A stretch of DNA of 46,334 nt, taken from positions 1-46,334 of the forward strand of contig CAIJMI010000002.1 of NCBI GenBank assembly GCA_903821745.1, given 5' to 3'. Positions within the stretch are counted from its first letter, which is position 1, and the number at the start of each line of letters is the position of its first letter. The notes beneath the pieces are model-generated. The model did not search any database. It had not been told where the DNA came from and saw only the letters and a program-made list of their open reading frames with translations. This DNA is from Candidatus Gottesmanbacteria bacterium. Lineage in GTDB: Bacteria; Patescibacteriota; Microgenomatia; UBA10105; UBA927. Below are positions 1 through 8,586 of this stretch, one piece after another. The translations under genes and the position numbers were made by a program.

Positions 1-340
1 TTCCACATTTGAATGTAAATACACCACAGGGTTTGTTACCACAGTTAGTGCTGTCACAACTGGATTGAGCTGGACCACTACTTCCTGTATTGTTAAGATA
101 TCCGCAATTGTGAAATGTTCCTTCTGCTGTTCTTCCACCAGAAGCCCTGCTTCTTATATCTGTTGTCTGTTGTTGGGAAAAATAATAGACTCCAATAGGA
201 AGGCTGATGATGAGAATAACAAGCCCAATAAAAAGTGCCCATTTTCCCTTTCCTGGATTGTTTTTCTGTTGTTGATTATCACCTTTCGTTTCTGTTGTTG
301 TATTTATCGGAGGAATGATAAATGTATCTGTTGTTGGCAT
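1..340 (-). CDS. Secreted/membrane-anchored Cys-rich protein, 5' part only (runs off window start)
   Basis: Not in ORF track. My translation from ATG at 340: MPTTDTFIIPP...KWALFIGLVILIISLPIGVYYFSQQQTTDIRSRASGG...CGYLNNTGSSGPAQSSCDSTNCGNKPCGVFTFKCG, open to the edge. Starts 4 nt after the stop of 345..1649. Confidence 0.8.
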   Translation of the reverse strand, partial: MPTTDTFIIPPINTTTETKGDNQQQKNNPGKGKWALFIGLVILIISLPIGVYYFSQQQTTDIRSRASGGRTAEGTFHNCGYLNNTGSSGPAQSSCDSTNCGNKPCGVFTFKCG

Positions 341-344
341 AATG

Positions 345-1649
345 TTATTTAATAAATAAGAATGATCCACCGCCAATACATAATGCTGATCCGAGGATAA
401 GGAGAAGTATTGTTGGTAGTAATGATCCGCTTGTCGGCATGGGTTCAGCAGCAAGTGTTGCTGCATCTGTAGCGGTAGGGTCTACCGTCGGCGTGGGTGT
501 TTCGATTATGGCCGATGGCGTTGCATCACCTAATACCTGTGTTCCGCTTTTAAGCACCGTAAACGTATGGGTGATGATAATGGGTTTTCCTTTTGTATCC
601 ACTGTTGTTATGGTGACACTTTGTTTGCCATAGGAAAGGGAATTGACTGGTGTATATTTCCATGAACGGTCAGATAAAACAGTTGTTGATCCGACGCTTG
701 GATTTACACTTCCAAGTGTAATGGTTACTTTTTTTCCTGCAATGCCAAATCCTGTAATTTGAGGTCTTGTCGTTGAGACTGAAGCACCATCAACAGGTGA
801 TGTAAGAGAAATAGCACCGATGGTATTTGTAGATGTTTCAGCGCCGAGTACAGCAGTTTTTGTAGTCGTTGCTGGTACTTTTGCAATAGTTGATGTCGTT
901 GGTTTTTTTGCATCACGATTTCTAAAATCGAATGTTTGCCCCAAGACAATATCCGGAACCGGAGCATCATTTAATGAATCAGTAAGCACCTGTGATGATA
1001 CACCCGCCTTTTCAACAAGAATTGTTTCACTCATCCGTTCTGATATCGGGATATAACCTGACCCATCAGAAGTTCGAACTGCTGTAAATGGTACAATCCA
1101 AGATCCGGAGCTTCTAACTAATGTTGACAGTGTTTGCCCATCCTGGAGAGTCAAAAATAGGATGGCACCATCTGCTGCCGTACCGTCTGTCATTACTACT
1201 TTGCCATAAGCTGGATCAATTGTTGGAGGAGTTGCCGAGAGAGTAGAAAACGTTGTGACTTGATAGTTTTTTTTATCAATCGGATACCGTTTTCCATTGG
1301 AAAGAATCGTTACATCGTAATTTGTTTGGGGGGTGAGCGACCGGACGGAAATACTATGCGTTGTATATTTTCCTAATTTTCCCGTTGTATCGCGTTCATC
1401 AAATCCTGAATATTTTTTACCGTTGGATCCCGTTACATTTATTGTTCCTGATGTTAAATCTTCCGTTTGCCAGACAAGGGTAAATCCGGTATCTGAAACA
1501 TTTGTTACGGTTACCTTGTTTGGTTCTATGGATGAACTTGCGCGCGTTTGCCCTTTTGAAAGAGATTCAAACACAAACCCGATACCCATCATTATTGCAA
1601 TGATAAGCAAGATGCCAATAAGGGTAGGTATTTTTCGTTGTCCTTGCAT
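345..1649 (-). CDS. Cell-surface protein: N-terminal TM, Fn3-like domain, Ig-like domain, C-terminal MPTSG+TM sorting-like signal
   Basis: VTNVSDTGFTLVWQT...LTPQTNYDVTI is Fn3-like; ISLTSPVDGASVSTTRPQITG...WKYTP is bacterial Ig-like; Thr/Pro linkers; hydrophobic C-terminus. Confidence 0.75.
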   Translation of the reverse strand: MQGQRKIPTLIGILLIIAIMMGIGFVFESLSKGQTRASSSIEPNKVTVTNVSDTGFTLVWQTEDLTSGTINVTGSNGKKYSGFDERDTTGKLGKYTTHSISVRSLTPQTNYDVTILSNGKRYPIDKKNYQVTTFSTLSATPPTIDPAYGKVVMTDGTAADGAILFLTLQDGQTLSTLVRSSGSWIVPFTAVRTSDGSGYIPISERMSETILVEKAGVSSQVLTDSLNDAPVPDIVLGQTFDFRNRDAKKPTTSTIAKVPATTTKTAVLGAETSTNTIGAISLTSPVDGASVSTTRPQITGFGIAGKKVTITLGSVNPSVGSTTVLSDRSWKYTPVNSLSYGKQSVTITTVDTKGKPIIITHTFTVLKSGTQVLGDATPSAIIETPTPTVDPTATDAATLAAEPMPTSGSLLPTILLLILGSALCIGGGSFLFIK

Positions 1650-1659
1650 ACAAAAACCG

Positions 1660-1854
1660 TCAGAGTTTTATTTTTTCCCCTAACATATTCAGTGTATCAG
1701 TATCGAGCGTTGGTGTTAAGGGTGTAATGATTTGATTGATTGTAGGTGCGATCGTTGATGTTTTTGTCGTCTTTATAAGTTCAAAAAATATCCATGACAA
1801 GACGGTTAAAAACGTAAAGAGTGATATGAAAAAAAGATCACGATCTGATTTCAT
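1660..1854 (-). CDS. Small single-pass membrane protein in the pilN/pilO operon
   Basis: 64 aa, N-terminal hydrophobic helix, 3-nt and 10-nt gaps to co-oriented neighbours. Confidence 0.65.
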   Translation of the reverse strand: MKSDRDLFFISLFTFLTVLSWIFFELIKTTKTSTIAPTINQIITPLTPTLDTDTLNMLGEKIKL

Positions 1855-1857
1855 AAA

Positions 1858-2505
1858 TTATGGTGTTTTATAATATGCCTTTATCTTTAATACGAGTTGA
1901 ACACTCGGTGCAGTTAAATTTGTCGTCTGTCTTTTGTTTGGTGTAAAAGCAATCGAGTCAATAACAATGGTTCTCCGCATGGAAACCAGACCAGTTAAAA
2001 AAGAAGACAATGCCGGATATTCGCCTTCAATTGATACCGTTAACGGAAAGTCATCCTGTTTTATTGTGTATGATGTTGATGCGCTTGCGCTTGCATTTGT
2101 AAAAGCCGGCACTGACGCTACCTGAATAGCAGATACTGATGATCTGGAAGTGACTGCAAGATCTCGCAGTTGTTTAACAACATCAATAGCGTCAGGGTCT
2201 GTTGGCATAGCATCGTCAATCAATGGTAATTTGGATTGTACGGAATCTAATACCATTTGTGACATGATGAGCGCCTGAATTTTATCATCCATTTTTTTAT
2301 TTACTGCGGTTTTATCAACTATTTCTTTTCGTAAATACAAAATGGTTTGTACGGTTGGTTTAATGGCATACCACCCAAACAGGGCAATGACCAAAAAGAA
2401 AAAAATAACCGTACCGTATGTACGGGTTTTTGGTTTGATTAAAATCGGTTCCAAAGAACGATAATATTTTCTGTATTGTTCTGGAAGATTAAATTTTGTT
2501 GCCAT
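1858..2505 (-). CDS. pilO: Type IV pilus assembly PilO-like protein
   Basis: TM helix, coiled coil, then DAMPTDPD...LTVSIEGEYPALSSFLTGLVSMRRTIVIDSI, typical of the PilO ferredoxin-like domain; directly follows the PilN-like gene. Confidence 0.75.
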   Translation of the reverse strand: MATKFNLPEQYRKYYRSLEPILIKPKTRTYGTVIFFFLVIALFGWYAIKPTVQTILYLRKEIVDKTAVNKKMDDKIQALIMSQMVLDSVQSKLPLIDDAMPTDPDAIDVVKQLRDLAVTSRSSVSAIQVASVPAFTNASASASTSYTIKQDDFPLTVSIEGEYPALSSFLTGLVSMRRTIVIDSIAFTPNKRQTTNLTAPSVQLVLKIKAYYKTP

Positions 2506-2508
2506 ATA

Positions 2509-3066
2509 TTATTTTTTTACCTGTATTCCCGCAAGGTGTGCTTGCATGGTATATTGAATTCCGAGACTGGATGCTTTATCCACTGTTCCGATTTCGATAT
2601 TTGTGAGTGTTTTGGAAGCGCTGAGGTTTAACAAAAACTGAGAAAAACTTTGGACAGTGAGGGAAGTCACCTGTGACGAAACCTTACCCTCACTGATGGA
2701 AAGATTTTGAAAATATGTTCCCTGGGGAAGGAGCGTATGAAGAGTGTAAATCGCATTTGTATATGTTACCTGTTGACTCAATAAAACTTTGATTTTTATG
2801 AGCGCGTCCTGTGTTCGTTTGAAGTGTTGCTCCAAATCTTGATTGGCGGTGATAATATCCTGTTTTTGGGAGATTTCATCATTTAAATCTGTGAGTTGTC
2901 TGTCTAAACTAAAGCGGGAAATAAATGCGATAAGCACAATCATTTCAGTCGTGATCATGATGTATCTGCCATACGTCGTAATCCAAGTAATGAGTCGCCC
3001 TATAGGGGAAAATTCCTGTTGTGAACTTCCAAGAAGATTGATTGCAATATTTGGTGCGGCAGGCAT
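2509..3066 (-). CDS. pilN: Type IV pilus assembly PilN-like protein
   Basis: N-terminal INLLG (PilM-binding INLLP-like motif), TM helix, coiled coil, LLPQGTYFQNLSI domain. Confidence 0.72.
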   Translation of the reverse strand: MPAAPNIAINLLGSSQQEFSPIGRLITWITTYGRYIMITTEMIVLIAFISRFSLDRQLTDLNDEISQKQDIITANQDLEQHFKRTQDALIKIKVLLSQQVTYTNAIYTLHTLLPQGTYFQNLSISEGKVSSQVTSLTVQSFSQFLLNLSASKTLTNIEIGTVDKASSLGIQYTMQAHLAGIQVKK

Positions 3067-3072
3067 TCTTCC

Positions 3073-3078
3073 ATTATA
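3073..3078 (-). promoter_or_regulatory. -10 box (TATAAT) of a leaderless-type pilN promoter
   Basis: Minus strand reads TATAAT-GGAAGA-ATG, 6 nt to the start codon. Confidence 0.55.
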
Positions 3079-3118
3079 AGAGGAAAAACAAGAATGCTCA
3101 ATGAGGGCTGTGAGGAAG

Positions 3119-3358
3119 TTACTTTTTTGCAGTGAGTTTGGAGAGTCGGGACTTTAACCGTGCTGCTTTGTTTTCATGAATGACATGCATTTTGACTGCT
3201 TTGTCGAGCGTTTTAAACACAATGGATAATTGTTTTTCTGATGGAGTTTTGCGCATGTCTTTGACAACACTGCGTACAAACGCGCGTTTTGTTGCTGTTT
3301 CAACGGAGCGTTTTTTGTCATGTCGTAACTTTTTTAGTGCTTGTGCGGTTATTGGCAT
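3119..3358 (-). CDS. rpsT: 30S ribosomal protein S20
   Basis: MPITAQALKKLRHDKKR...LDKAVKMHVIHENKAARLKSRL; start moved to the ATG at 3358. Confidence 0.95.
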   Translation of the reverse strand: MPITAQALKKLRHDKKRSVETATKRAFVRSVVKDMRKTPSEKQLSIVFKTLDKAVKMHVIHENKAARLKSRLSKLTAKK

Positions 3359-3365
3359 AGGGGAA

Positions 3366-3414
3366 AGTATATCAGAGTGCACTCTATCCGGTCAAGGATT
3401 GAGTGCGTTATAAT
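3366..3414. promoter_or_regulatory. Divergent rpsT/murJ promoter region
   Basis: Minus: TTGACC (3395-3390), 18 nt, TATACT (3371-3366) with upstream TGn, 7 nt before the rpsT ATG. Plus: TATAAT 3409-3414, 9 nt before the murJ ATG. Confidence 0.6.
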
Positions 3415-3423
3415 AGAAGACAC

Positions 3424-5079
3424 ATGAAATCATTTTGGGCCTTCCTCACCAAAAAGCAATCTTCAGTGCGTTCAGCAGCAACAGTTCTTATTGCAATGGT
3501 GTTTGCCTCACGGGTGTTGGGACTCGTCAGAGACCGTCTCCTTGCTGCCCGGTTTTTTCCTGATGAGCTGGGTGTGTATTTGGCGGCGTTTCGTATGCCA
3601 AATCTTCTGTTTGAGCTTCTGGTTATGGGCGCACTGACGTCAGCATTCATTCCCGTGTATACCAAATACATTGCAAAAGGCAAACAGGATGAAGCATGGC
3701 ATATCTCCAATACCCTCATTAATATATCGGTCATTATTTTACTGGTAATTACCACTCCAATTCTTATTTGGACCAAACAGGTGTCAGAACTTATCGCCCC
3801 GGGGTTCTCTCCACAGCAGATTGAAATTATGGTGCAGTACACCAGATTCATGATTGTCTTTCAGGTATTTCCACTGTTAATAGGTAACTTTTTTACCGGT
3901 ATTTTGCAGTCGCATAATTTATTTTTCGTTCCGGCGTTAGCCCCAGTTGTATACAACATCGGTATTATTGGAGGCATTATCGTCTTTAGCGCAAGTTACG
4001 GATTATGGGCTCCGGTTTTTGGTGTTGGTATTGGTGCACTTTTGTTCATGATTATTCAGATTCCGACACTTCTCAAACTTGGGTATCGTCAACGATTAAC
4101 CATAGATGTAAAAAATGAAGGCGTACGGGAAATTGGAAAACTCATGCTTCCCCGAACTGCAGGACTTGCAGTGTCGCAAATTGATACGACGGTTGATCTC
4201 ATATTATCAAGTCTTCTTGGGGCGAGGATGGTTACCGTATTTAGTTTTGCACAGCAACTGCAACAACTTCCTATTGGCCTGTTTGGCGCAACAGTTGCAC
4301 AGGCTGCATTTCCGTTGCTATCCCAAGCTTCTGCAACTGACGACAAAGAACAATATATAAAAACAATGAAATCGGCCCTCAACCAGATTATGTTTTTTAT
4401 CATGCCGGTTTCTGTGTTGTTTATTGTGTTACGTATTCCAATTGTCCGTCTTGTGTTTGGAGCATCGCGGTTTGATTGGCAGGCAACGGTATTAACCGGT
4501 ATGACTCTTTCTGCGTTTAGCATGTCTCTTTCTGCGCAGGCAATATCACAACTGTTTACGCGTGGATTTTTTGCACTGTATGACACTATAACTCCAATGA
4601 TTATCGGGATTATTACTATTGCCATAAATACAATCTTAAGTATTATCTTTGTACAGGTTCTACATCTTCCAGTGTGGTCTTTGGGACTTTCAACGACCAT
4701 TGCAAGCTTTTTTAATGTGGGACTGTTATTAGTGTTTCTTCATAAACGCATGGGGAATCATATTCTTCTTGATCTTCTAACAACTCCTGCAAAAATTGTA
4801 ATCGCATCGCTAGTAACAGGAGTTGCATTATATATTCCGCTGAAACTGTTCGATCAACTGATTTTTGATACGACCCGGACTTTTGGACTCTTCTTGTTAA
4901 CAGGCGCAAGCGGATTAAGTGGAGGACTTGTGTATCTGTTTTTGGTGTGGATGCTTGGTGTAACAGAAGCAAAATCGTTTATTGCAATGCTGACCAAATT
5001 CAGACAGCCAAAACAAATTATGATAGAGCCTGCAAATGAAGTAATAGGAAACGGAAGTCAGAATACACCAATGACTTAA
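3424..5079 (+). CDS. murJ: Lipid II flippase MurJ (MviN)
   Basis: SRVLGLVRD...AAFRMPNLL...GALTSAFIPVY and QLPIGLFG motifs, many TM helices; start set at ATG 3424. Confidence 0.95.
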   Translation: MKSFWAFLTKKQSSVRSAATVLIAMVFASRVLGLVRDRLLAARFFPDELGVYLAAFRMPNLLFELLVMGALTSAFIPVYTKYIAKGKQDEAWHISNTLINISVIILLVITTPILIWTKQVSELIAPGFSPQQIEIMVQYTRFMIVFQVFPLLIGNFFTGILQSHNLFFVPALAPVVYNIGIIGGIIVFSASYGLWAPVFGVGIGALLFMIIQIPTLLKLGYRQRLTIDVKNEGVREIGKLMLPRTAGLAVSQIDTTVDLILSSLLGARMVTVFSFAQQLQQLPIGLFGATVAQAAFPLLSQASATDDKEQYIKTMKSALNQIMFFIMPVSVLFIVLRIPIVRLVFGASRFDWQATVLTGMTLSAFSMSLSAQAISQLFTRGFFALYDTITPMIIGIITIAINTILSIIFVQVLHLPVWSLGLSTTIASFFNVGLLLVFLHKRMGNHILLDLLTTPAKIVIASLVTGVALYIPLKLFDQLIFDTTRTFGLFLLTGASGLSGGLVYLFLVWMLGVTEAKSFIAMLTKFRQPKQIMIEPANEVIGNGSQNTPMT

Positions 5080-6479
5080 TGTCTGGTAAGCTCCATGCGG
5101 ATGACGCTTTGTGCGGTCATAACAACAGTTCGTTTTGCTGTCCCGTTAGTAACGGTTAGTTCTGTTTGTGTTGAGCCTCCGATTACGGTGAATTCTTTGT
5201 AGGTGTAATCCCCGTTGGGAAGATGGGTAAAGAGAACCGGAGTTTGCTCGGTATGTTTGCCGCTTGCGTCAAAATTGACGAGCAATACTTTGATGACGCC
5301 GTTGCTTGTTGATGCAAATCCTGTCACCCAAGACCCTTCTCCTTGCATCTGTAGTCTGGTTCCCTTCATCGCGTCGATAAAATGGTAGACATAGTAGCGC
5401 GGTTTGAGTTTTTTGCCGTTGGTGGAATGGGTTATGAGACCCCATCCGGTCCCGTCCGTTTGATTGGGCCCATCAATAAGTTCGAATGAAAAAATGTACA
5501 TAGGTCCCCCGGAAATAAGCTCCCGGATGACTGCGGCAGTATGTGCTGTTCCGTACGACGTGCCATACAAGGTATTTTTTGCACCGGTAAATCCAAATTC
5601 CGTAATAATAGTTGGTTTGGTGACGTACGTTGGATAGGGAAGTAACCAGGAGCTTAAATTATGCTGATCTGTGGTATATCGTGATGGACTTGCAAGATAC
5701 GAATGCCAAGAAAAAAAATCAACACGGCTGCCGGAGTTGATGACCGCAAGAATCCAATTTTTATAAAGTCCTGTTGTTGCAGGACCGCCGAACATGAATG
5801 CATTAGTGTTTGTTGCGTTTTTTGCTCCTGTTGCGGCATATCGGTAGAGTGTCACATAGTTTTTTTCACCGGAAAGTCCCCATTTTCCAAACTGGTCAAG
5901 ATCCGGTTCATTCCATACTTCATAAAACACATCGGCTAAATTTTTTTCTGACCGTCCGCTGTAATGTTCAATCGTGCGTTTAACAACAGCGGCCCAGTCG
6001 TTCCAGTCATTGGGTGGATTGATAATGACCCCATCTTTTGCAATGGCAGCAGGCATAAAGGAAAGCGAAAAAAATGGTTTTGCGCCGGTTGAAAGAATGG
6101 TGTTGACCGCTTGATCAAGTTTTGAAAAATCATAGGAAAGCGTTCCGCCATTTTTGGACACAACATCATAATGGTCAAAAATATGATCCAAACGGATGAC
6201 TTTTGGAGACAACGATTTTGTTTCAGGAAGGATTGGTGCGATCATGTCGTTAGCTTCTTCGCCTCCTTGCGCAAACGCATGGTAAAAATCCGTGTTGATT
6301 GGTTCCAGTGTTGCGCTTGTATCCACCGTGATGTTTGCTTTTGTTCCTGTAGCTTTTGTAATAAATCGGATAGATTGGTAGGTGGCGGCAAAAAGAAGGG
6401 GAATAAATGCAATCAGTGCAAGGATAGAAACAATGTTAGTGAATTTTGGTGGAACGGTTTTTTCCAAAAAAGGTGTCAT
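5076..6479 (-). CDS. Membrane-anchored/secreted glycoside hydrolase, GH39-like (clan GH-A)
   Basis: YEVWNEPD (acid/base Glu), DFFSWHSY, IITEFG (nucleophile Glu), PPNDWNDW; N-terminal TM; C-terminal beta-sandwich. Confidence 0.85.
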   Translation of the reverse strand: MTPFLEKTVPPKFTNIVSILALIAFIPLLFAATYQSIRFITKATGTKANITVDTSATLEPINTDFYHAFAQGGEEANDMIAPILPETKSLSPKVIRLDHIFDHYDVVSKNGGTLSYDFSKLDQAVNTILSTGAKPFFSLSFMPAAIAKDGVIINPPNDWNDWAAVVKRTIEHYSGRSEKNLADVFYEVWNEPDLDQFGKWGLSGEKNYVTLYRYAATGAKNATNTNAFMFGGPATTGLYKNWILAVINSGSRVDFFSWHSYLASPSRYTTDQHNLSSWLLPYPTYVTKPTIITEFGFTGAKNTLYGTSYGTAHTAAVIRELISGGPMYIFSFELIDGPNQTDGTGWGLITHSTNGKKLKPRYYVYHFIDAMKGTRLQMQGEGSWVTGFASTSNGVIKVLLVNFDASGKHTEQTPVLFTHLPNGDYTYKEFTVIGGSTQTELTVTNGTAKRTVVMTAQSVIRMELTRH

Positions 6480-6487
6480 ATATTTTC

Positions 6488-7249
6488 CTAAAGTCCTGCA
6501 ACACGAATCACACCACCAACTGCTAAAAAGCCAACAGCAACAATGATGGAGAGCACAGCAGGTAATGGACTCCCAGATACCGGCATTGCACCGCCTGTTG
6601 CATTTTCCTCAAGCGCTGCGGTTGTTGCTTCAGGTTCCAATGTTGGCGTGATGATTTCCGTTGGAACTGGGGTAACAAACTGTGCTTGTGTTGGTGTTGG
6701 CGTGAGAGTGATTATTGGTAAGGATGTCTCCCCAATGATGGTAATGACAGCAGGCTGTGTTGTTGTTAAAGCATTTGTTGTTTCATTAAGACTTGATACA
6801 AATGTCGTTGAACCAAATGTCATAGAAATTGGACTGCCCGTTCCTGCTTTGCCGCGCATCCGTAATATAGCAATTGTTCCATTGCCTTTAATAGGTTGTG
6901 CAGTACTTGCTGCAGCAACGGTAATGGTTGCAGTTCCTGGAGCAACAGTGCCTGATGCAGATATTTTTGGAGCAAATGCGCCGTTTGTAATACTCATGGC
7001 CTCGAGTTTTGTTGCATCAAATGCAATGGCAAGTTTCACTGCAGTCACAGAATTGGCGCCCGTATCAATTTGTATGTTGACGGAAAACTGTTCATCGACC
7101 GCTTTTGAAATTGATGCTGGAGAAAAAGTTAAAGTGGTGGCAGGTGCGGCTTTGCTTCGAAGTTCCTGCTGTGTTCCCACAAAATACACGGTTACTGGGA
7201 CAGCGATAAGCAGTAATAGGAAAATCACAAAAAAGACGATTTTTTTCAT
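6488..7249 (-). CDS. Cohesin-like domain surface protein with C-terminal MPVSG+TM sorting-like signal
   Basis: FSVNIQIDTGANSVTAVKLAIAFDATKLEA...GNGTIAILRM resembles a cohesin fold; Thr/Pro linker; start set at MKKIVFF (7249). Confidence 0.75.
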   Translation of the reverse strand: MKKIVFFVIFLLLLIAVPVTVYFVGTQQELRSKAAPATTLTFSPASISKAVDEQFSVNIQIDTGANSVTAVKLAIAFDATKLEAMSITNGAFAPKISASGTVAPGTATITVAAASTAQPIKGNGTIAILRMRGKAGTGSPISMTFGSTTFVSSLNETTNALTTTQPAVITIIGETSLPIITLTPTPTQAQFVTPVPTEIITPTLEPEATTAALEENATGGAMPVSGSPLPAVLSIIVAVGFLAVGGVIRVAGL

Positions 7250-7295
7250 CCTTATTTCAGTATGAGCTATTCCTATGGAATTTGACAATAGGGTA

Positions 7296-7324
7296 TTGAC
7301 AGATATTAGCACTCGTTATATATT
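7296..7324 (+). promoter_or_regulatory. Sigma70-type promoter of the hrcA operon
   Basis: TTGACA (7296-7301), 17 nt, TATATT (7319-7324). Confidence 0.8.
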
Positions 7325-7332
7325 AGTGCTAA
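7306..7332 (+). promoter_or_regulatory. CIRCE element (HrcA operator)
   Basis: TTAGCACTC-GTTATATAT-TAGTGCTAA: one mismatch to TTAGCACTC-N9-GAGTGCTAA; overlaps the -10 box; 3 nt before hrcA. Confidence 0.95.
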
Positions 7333-7335
7333 TCT

Positions 7336-8070
7336 ATGGAAACATCATTTGATTTAACACCAAGACAGGTATCTATTTTAAAAGCAATTATTGAGGAATA
7401 CATTACAACGGCTGAAGCCGTTGGATCAGAAACCCTAGATAAGAAATATAGTTTGGGCGTGTCACCTGCAACCATCCGAAATGAGATGGTACGGCTGACC
7501 GACATGAAACTTCTCAAGCAGCCACATACGTCAGCAGGCCGCAGTCCGACACCTGAGGCATTGAAGTTTTATGTTGAGCATTTGATGAAGGCAAAAGACA
7601 TGTCCGTTGCTGAGGAAATTTCCGTTAAGGAAAAGATTTGGGATTACCGCCAGGAAGTCGACAAACTGCTTCGAGAAGCAACACGGACCTTGGCCAATAT
7701 GACCAAGACCTTGGCGATTACGGCAACAAAAGACGGGGATATGTACATCTCCGGTACTGCCAACATTTTGGATATGCCGGAGTTTTTTGATTATGAATTG
7801 ACCCACGCATTATTTTTAGCGCTCGATCAGGTTGGATTCTGGTGGGAGCTTGTGGAAAAGCAACCGGAAAATGTTGATATTTTACTGGGTGAAGAATTGG
7901 GCGGTCGGGGAATTTTGCGGGAGTGCGGATTTGTGTTTAACAAATTCCAAACCCCACACATCTCCGGCATGATCGGCGTTGTTGGTCCGTCAAGACTCAA
8001 CTATCCGCGGCTGGTCCCAGTTGTTCGGTATATGGGTGGACTCATTAAGGAATTATCAACCAACTGGTAA
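7336..8070 (+). CDS. hrcA: Heat-inducible transcription repressor HrcA (short form)
   Basis: LTPRQVSILKAIIEEYITTAEAVGS...SPATIRNEM...QPHTSAGRSPT; C-terminal GVVGPSRLNY. Confidence 0.95.
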   Translation: METSFDLTPRQVSILKAIIEEYITTAEAVGSETLDKKYSLGVSPATIRNEMVRLTDMKLLKQPHTSAGRSPTPEALKFYVEHLMKAKDMSVAEEISVKEKIWDYRQEVDKLLREATRTLANMTKTLAITATKDGDMYISGTANILDMPEFFDYELTHALFLALDQVGFWWELVEKQPENVDILLGEELGGRGILRECGFVFNKFQTPHISGMIGVVGPSRLNYPRLVPVVRYMGGLIKELSTNW

Positions 8071-8080
8071 ATCAATATAT

Positions 8081-8557
8081 ATGAAGCAAAACAAACAACA
8101 ACCAGAAGAAAAAAACGAAGAACACCATGTTGAACAGCAGGTGGAGAAGTTAATTGATGAGGCAGAGGTCTGGAAAAATAAATACATCCGAGCTCTTGCT
8201 GATTATCAAAATCTTGAGAAACGGACGATGGAAGAAACGCATGAGATACGGCTCTATGCAACACGAAATTTTTTGGAAAAATTATTGCCGATCATTGATA
8301 ATCTGGAACGCGCGGAAACACATCTTGGAGATGAAGGGTTGGCAATTGCTATGAAAGAACTATATGCCATGCTTGCAAAAAACGGGGTAGAAAAAATTGA
8401 CGTAGTCGGAAAAGCATTTGATCCGTATACGATGGAATGCATTGAAGTCACAGAAGGAGAAAAAAATGAAGTTGTCGAAATGACGAACCCCGGCTATACA
8501 ATGCATGGCAAACTGCTTCGGGAAGCAAAAGTAAAAGTCGGTGGAGGAGTTTTTTAA
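8081..8557 (+). CDS. grpE: Nucleotide exchange factor GrpE
   Basis: RALADYQNLEKR, LLPIIDNLERA, FDPYTME, GYTMHGKLLREAKVKV; start set at ATG 8081. Confidence 0.95.
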   Translation: MKQNKQQPEEKNEEHHVEQQVEKLIDEAEVWKNKYIRALADYQNLEKRTMEETHEIRLYATRNFLEKLLPIIDNLERAETHLGDEGLAIAMKELYAMLAKNGVEKIDVVGKAFDPYTMECIEVTEGEKNEVVEMTNPGYTMHGKLLREAKVKVGGGVF

Positions 8558-8586
8558 AAAGGTATAAAACGTATTAACCATTTTTT

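Noticed and set aside
65-352. Plus-strand 95-aa Cys-rich ORF
   Set aside because: Antisense shadow of the minus-strand gene starting at 340, which has a TM, the shared motif and operon spacing.
6543-7265. Long antisense ORFs (also 4089-4700, 12952-13761, 16766-17398, 23722-24387)
   Set aside because: They mirror well-supported genes codon for codon and show no independent motifs.
7282-7293. 12-mer TTGACAATAGGG also present at the rpoB promoter (41586-41597)
   Set aside because: Half of it is the -35 consensus, and one 12-nt match in 46 kb is expected by chance.
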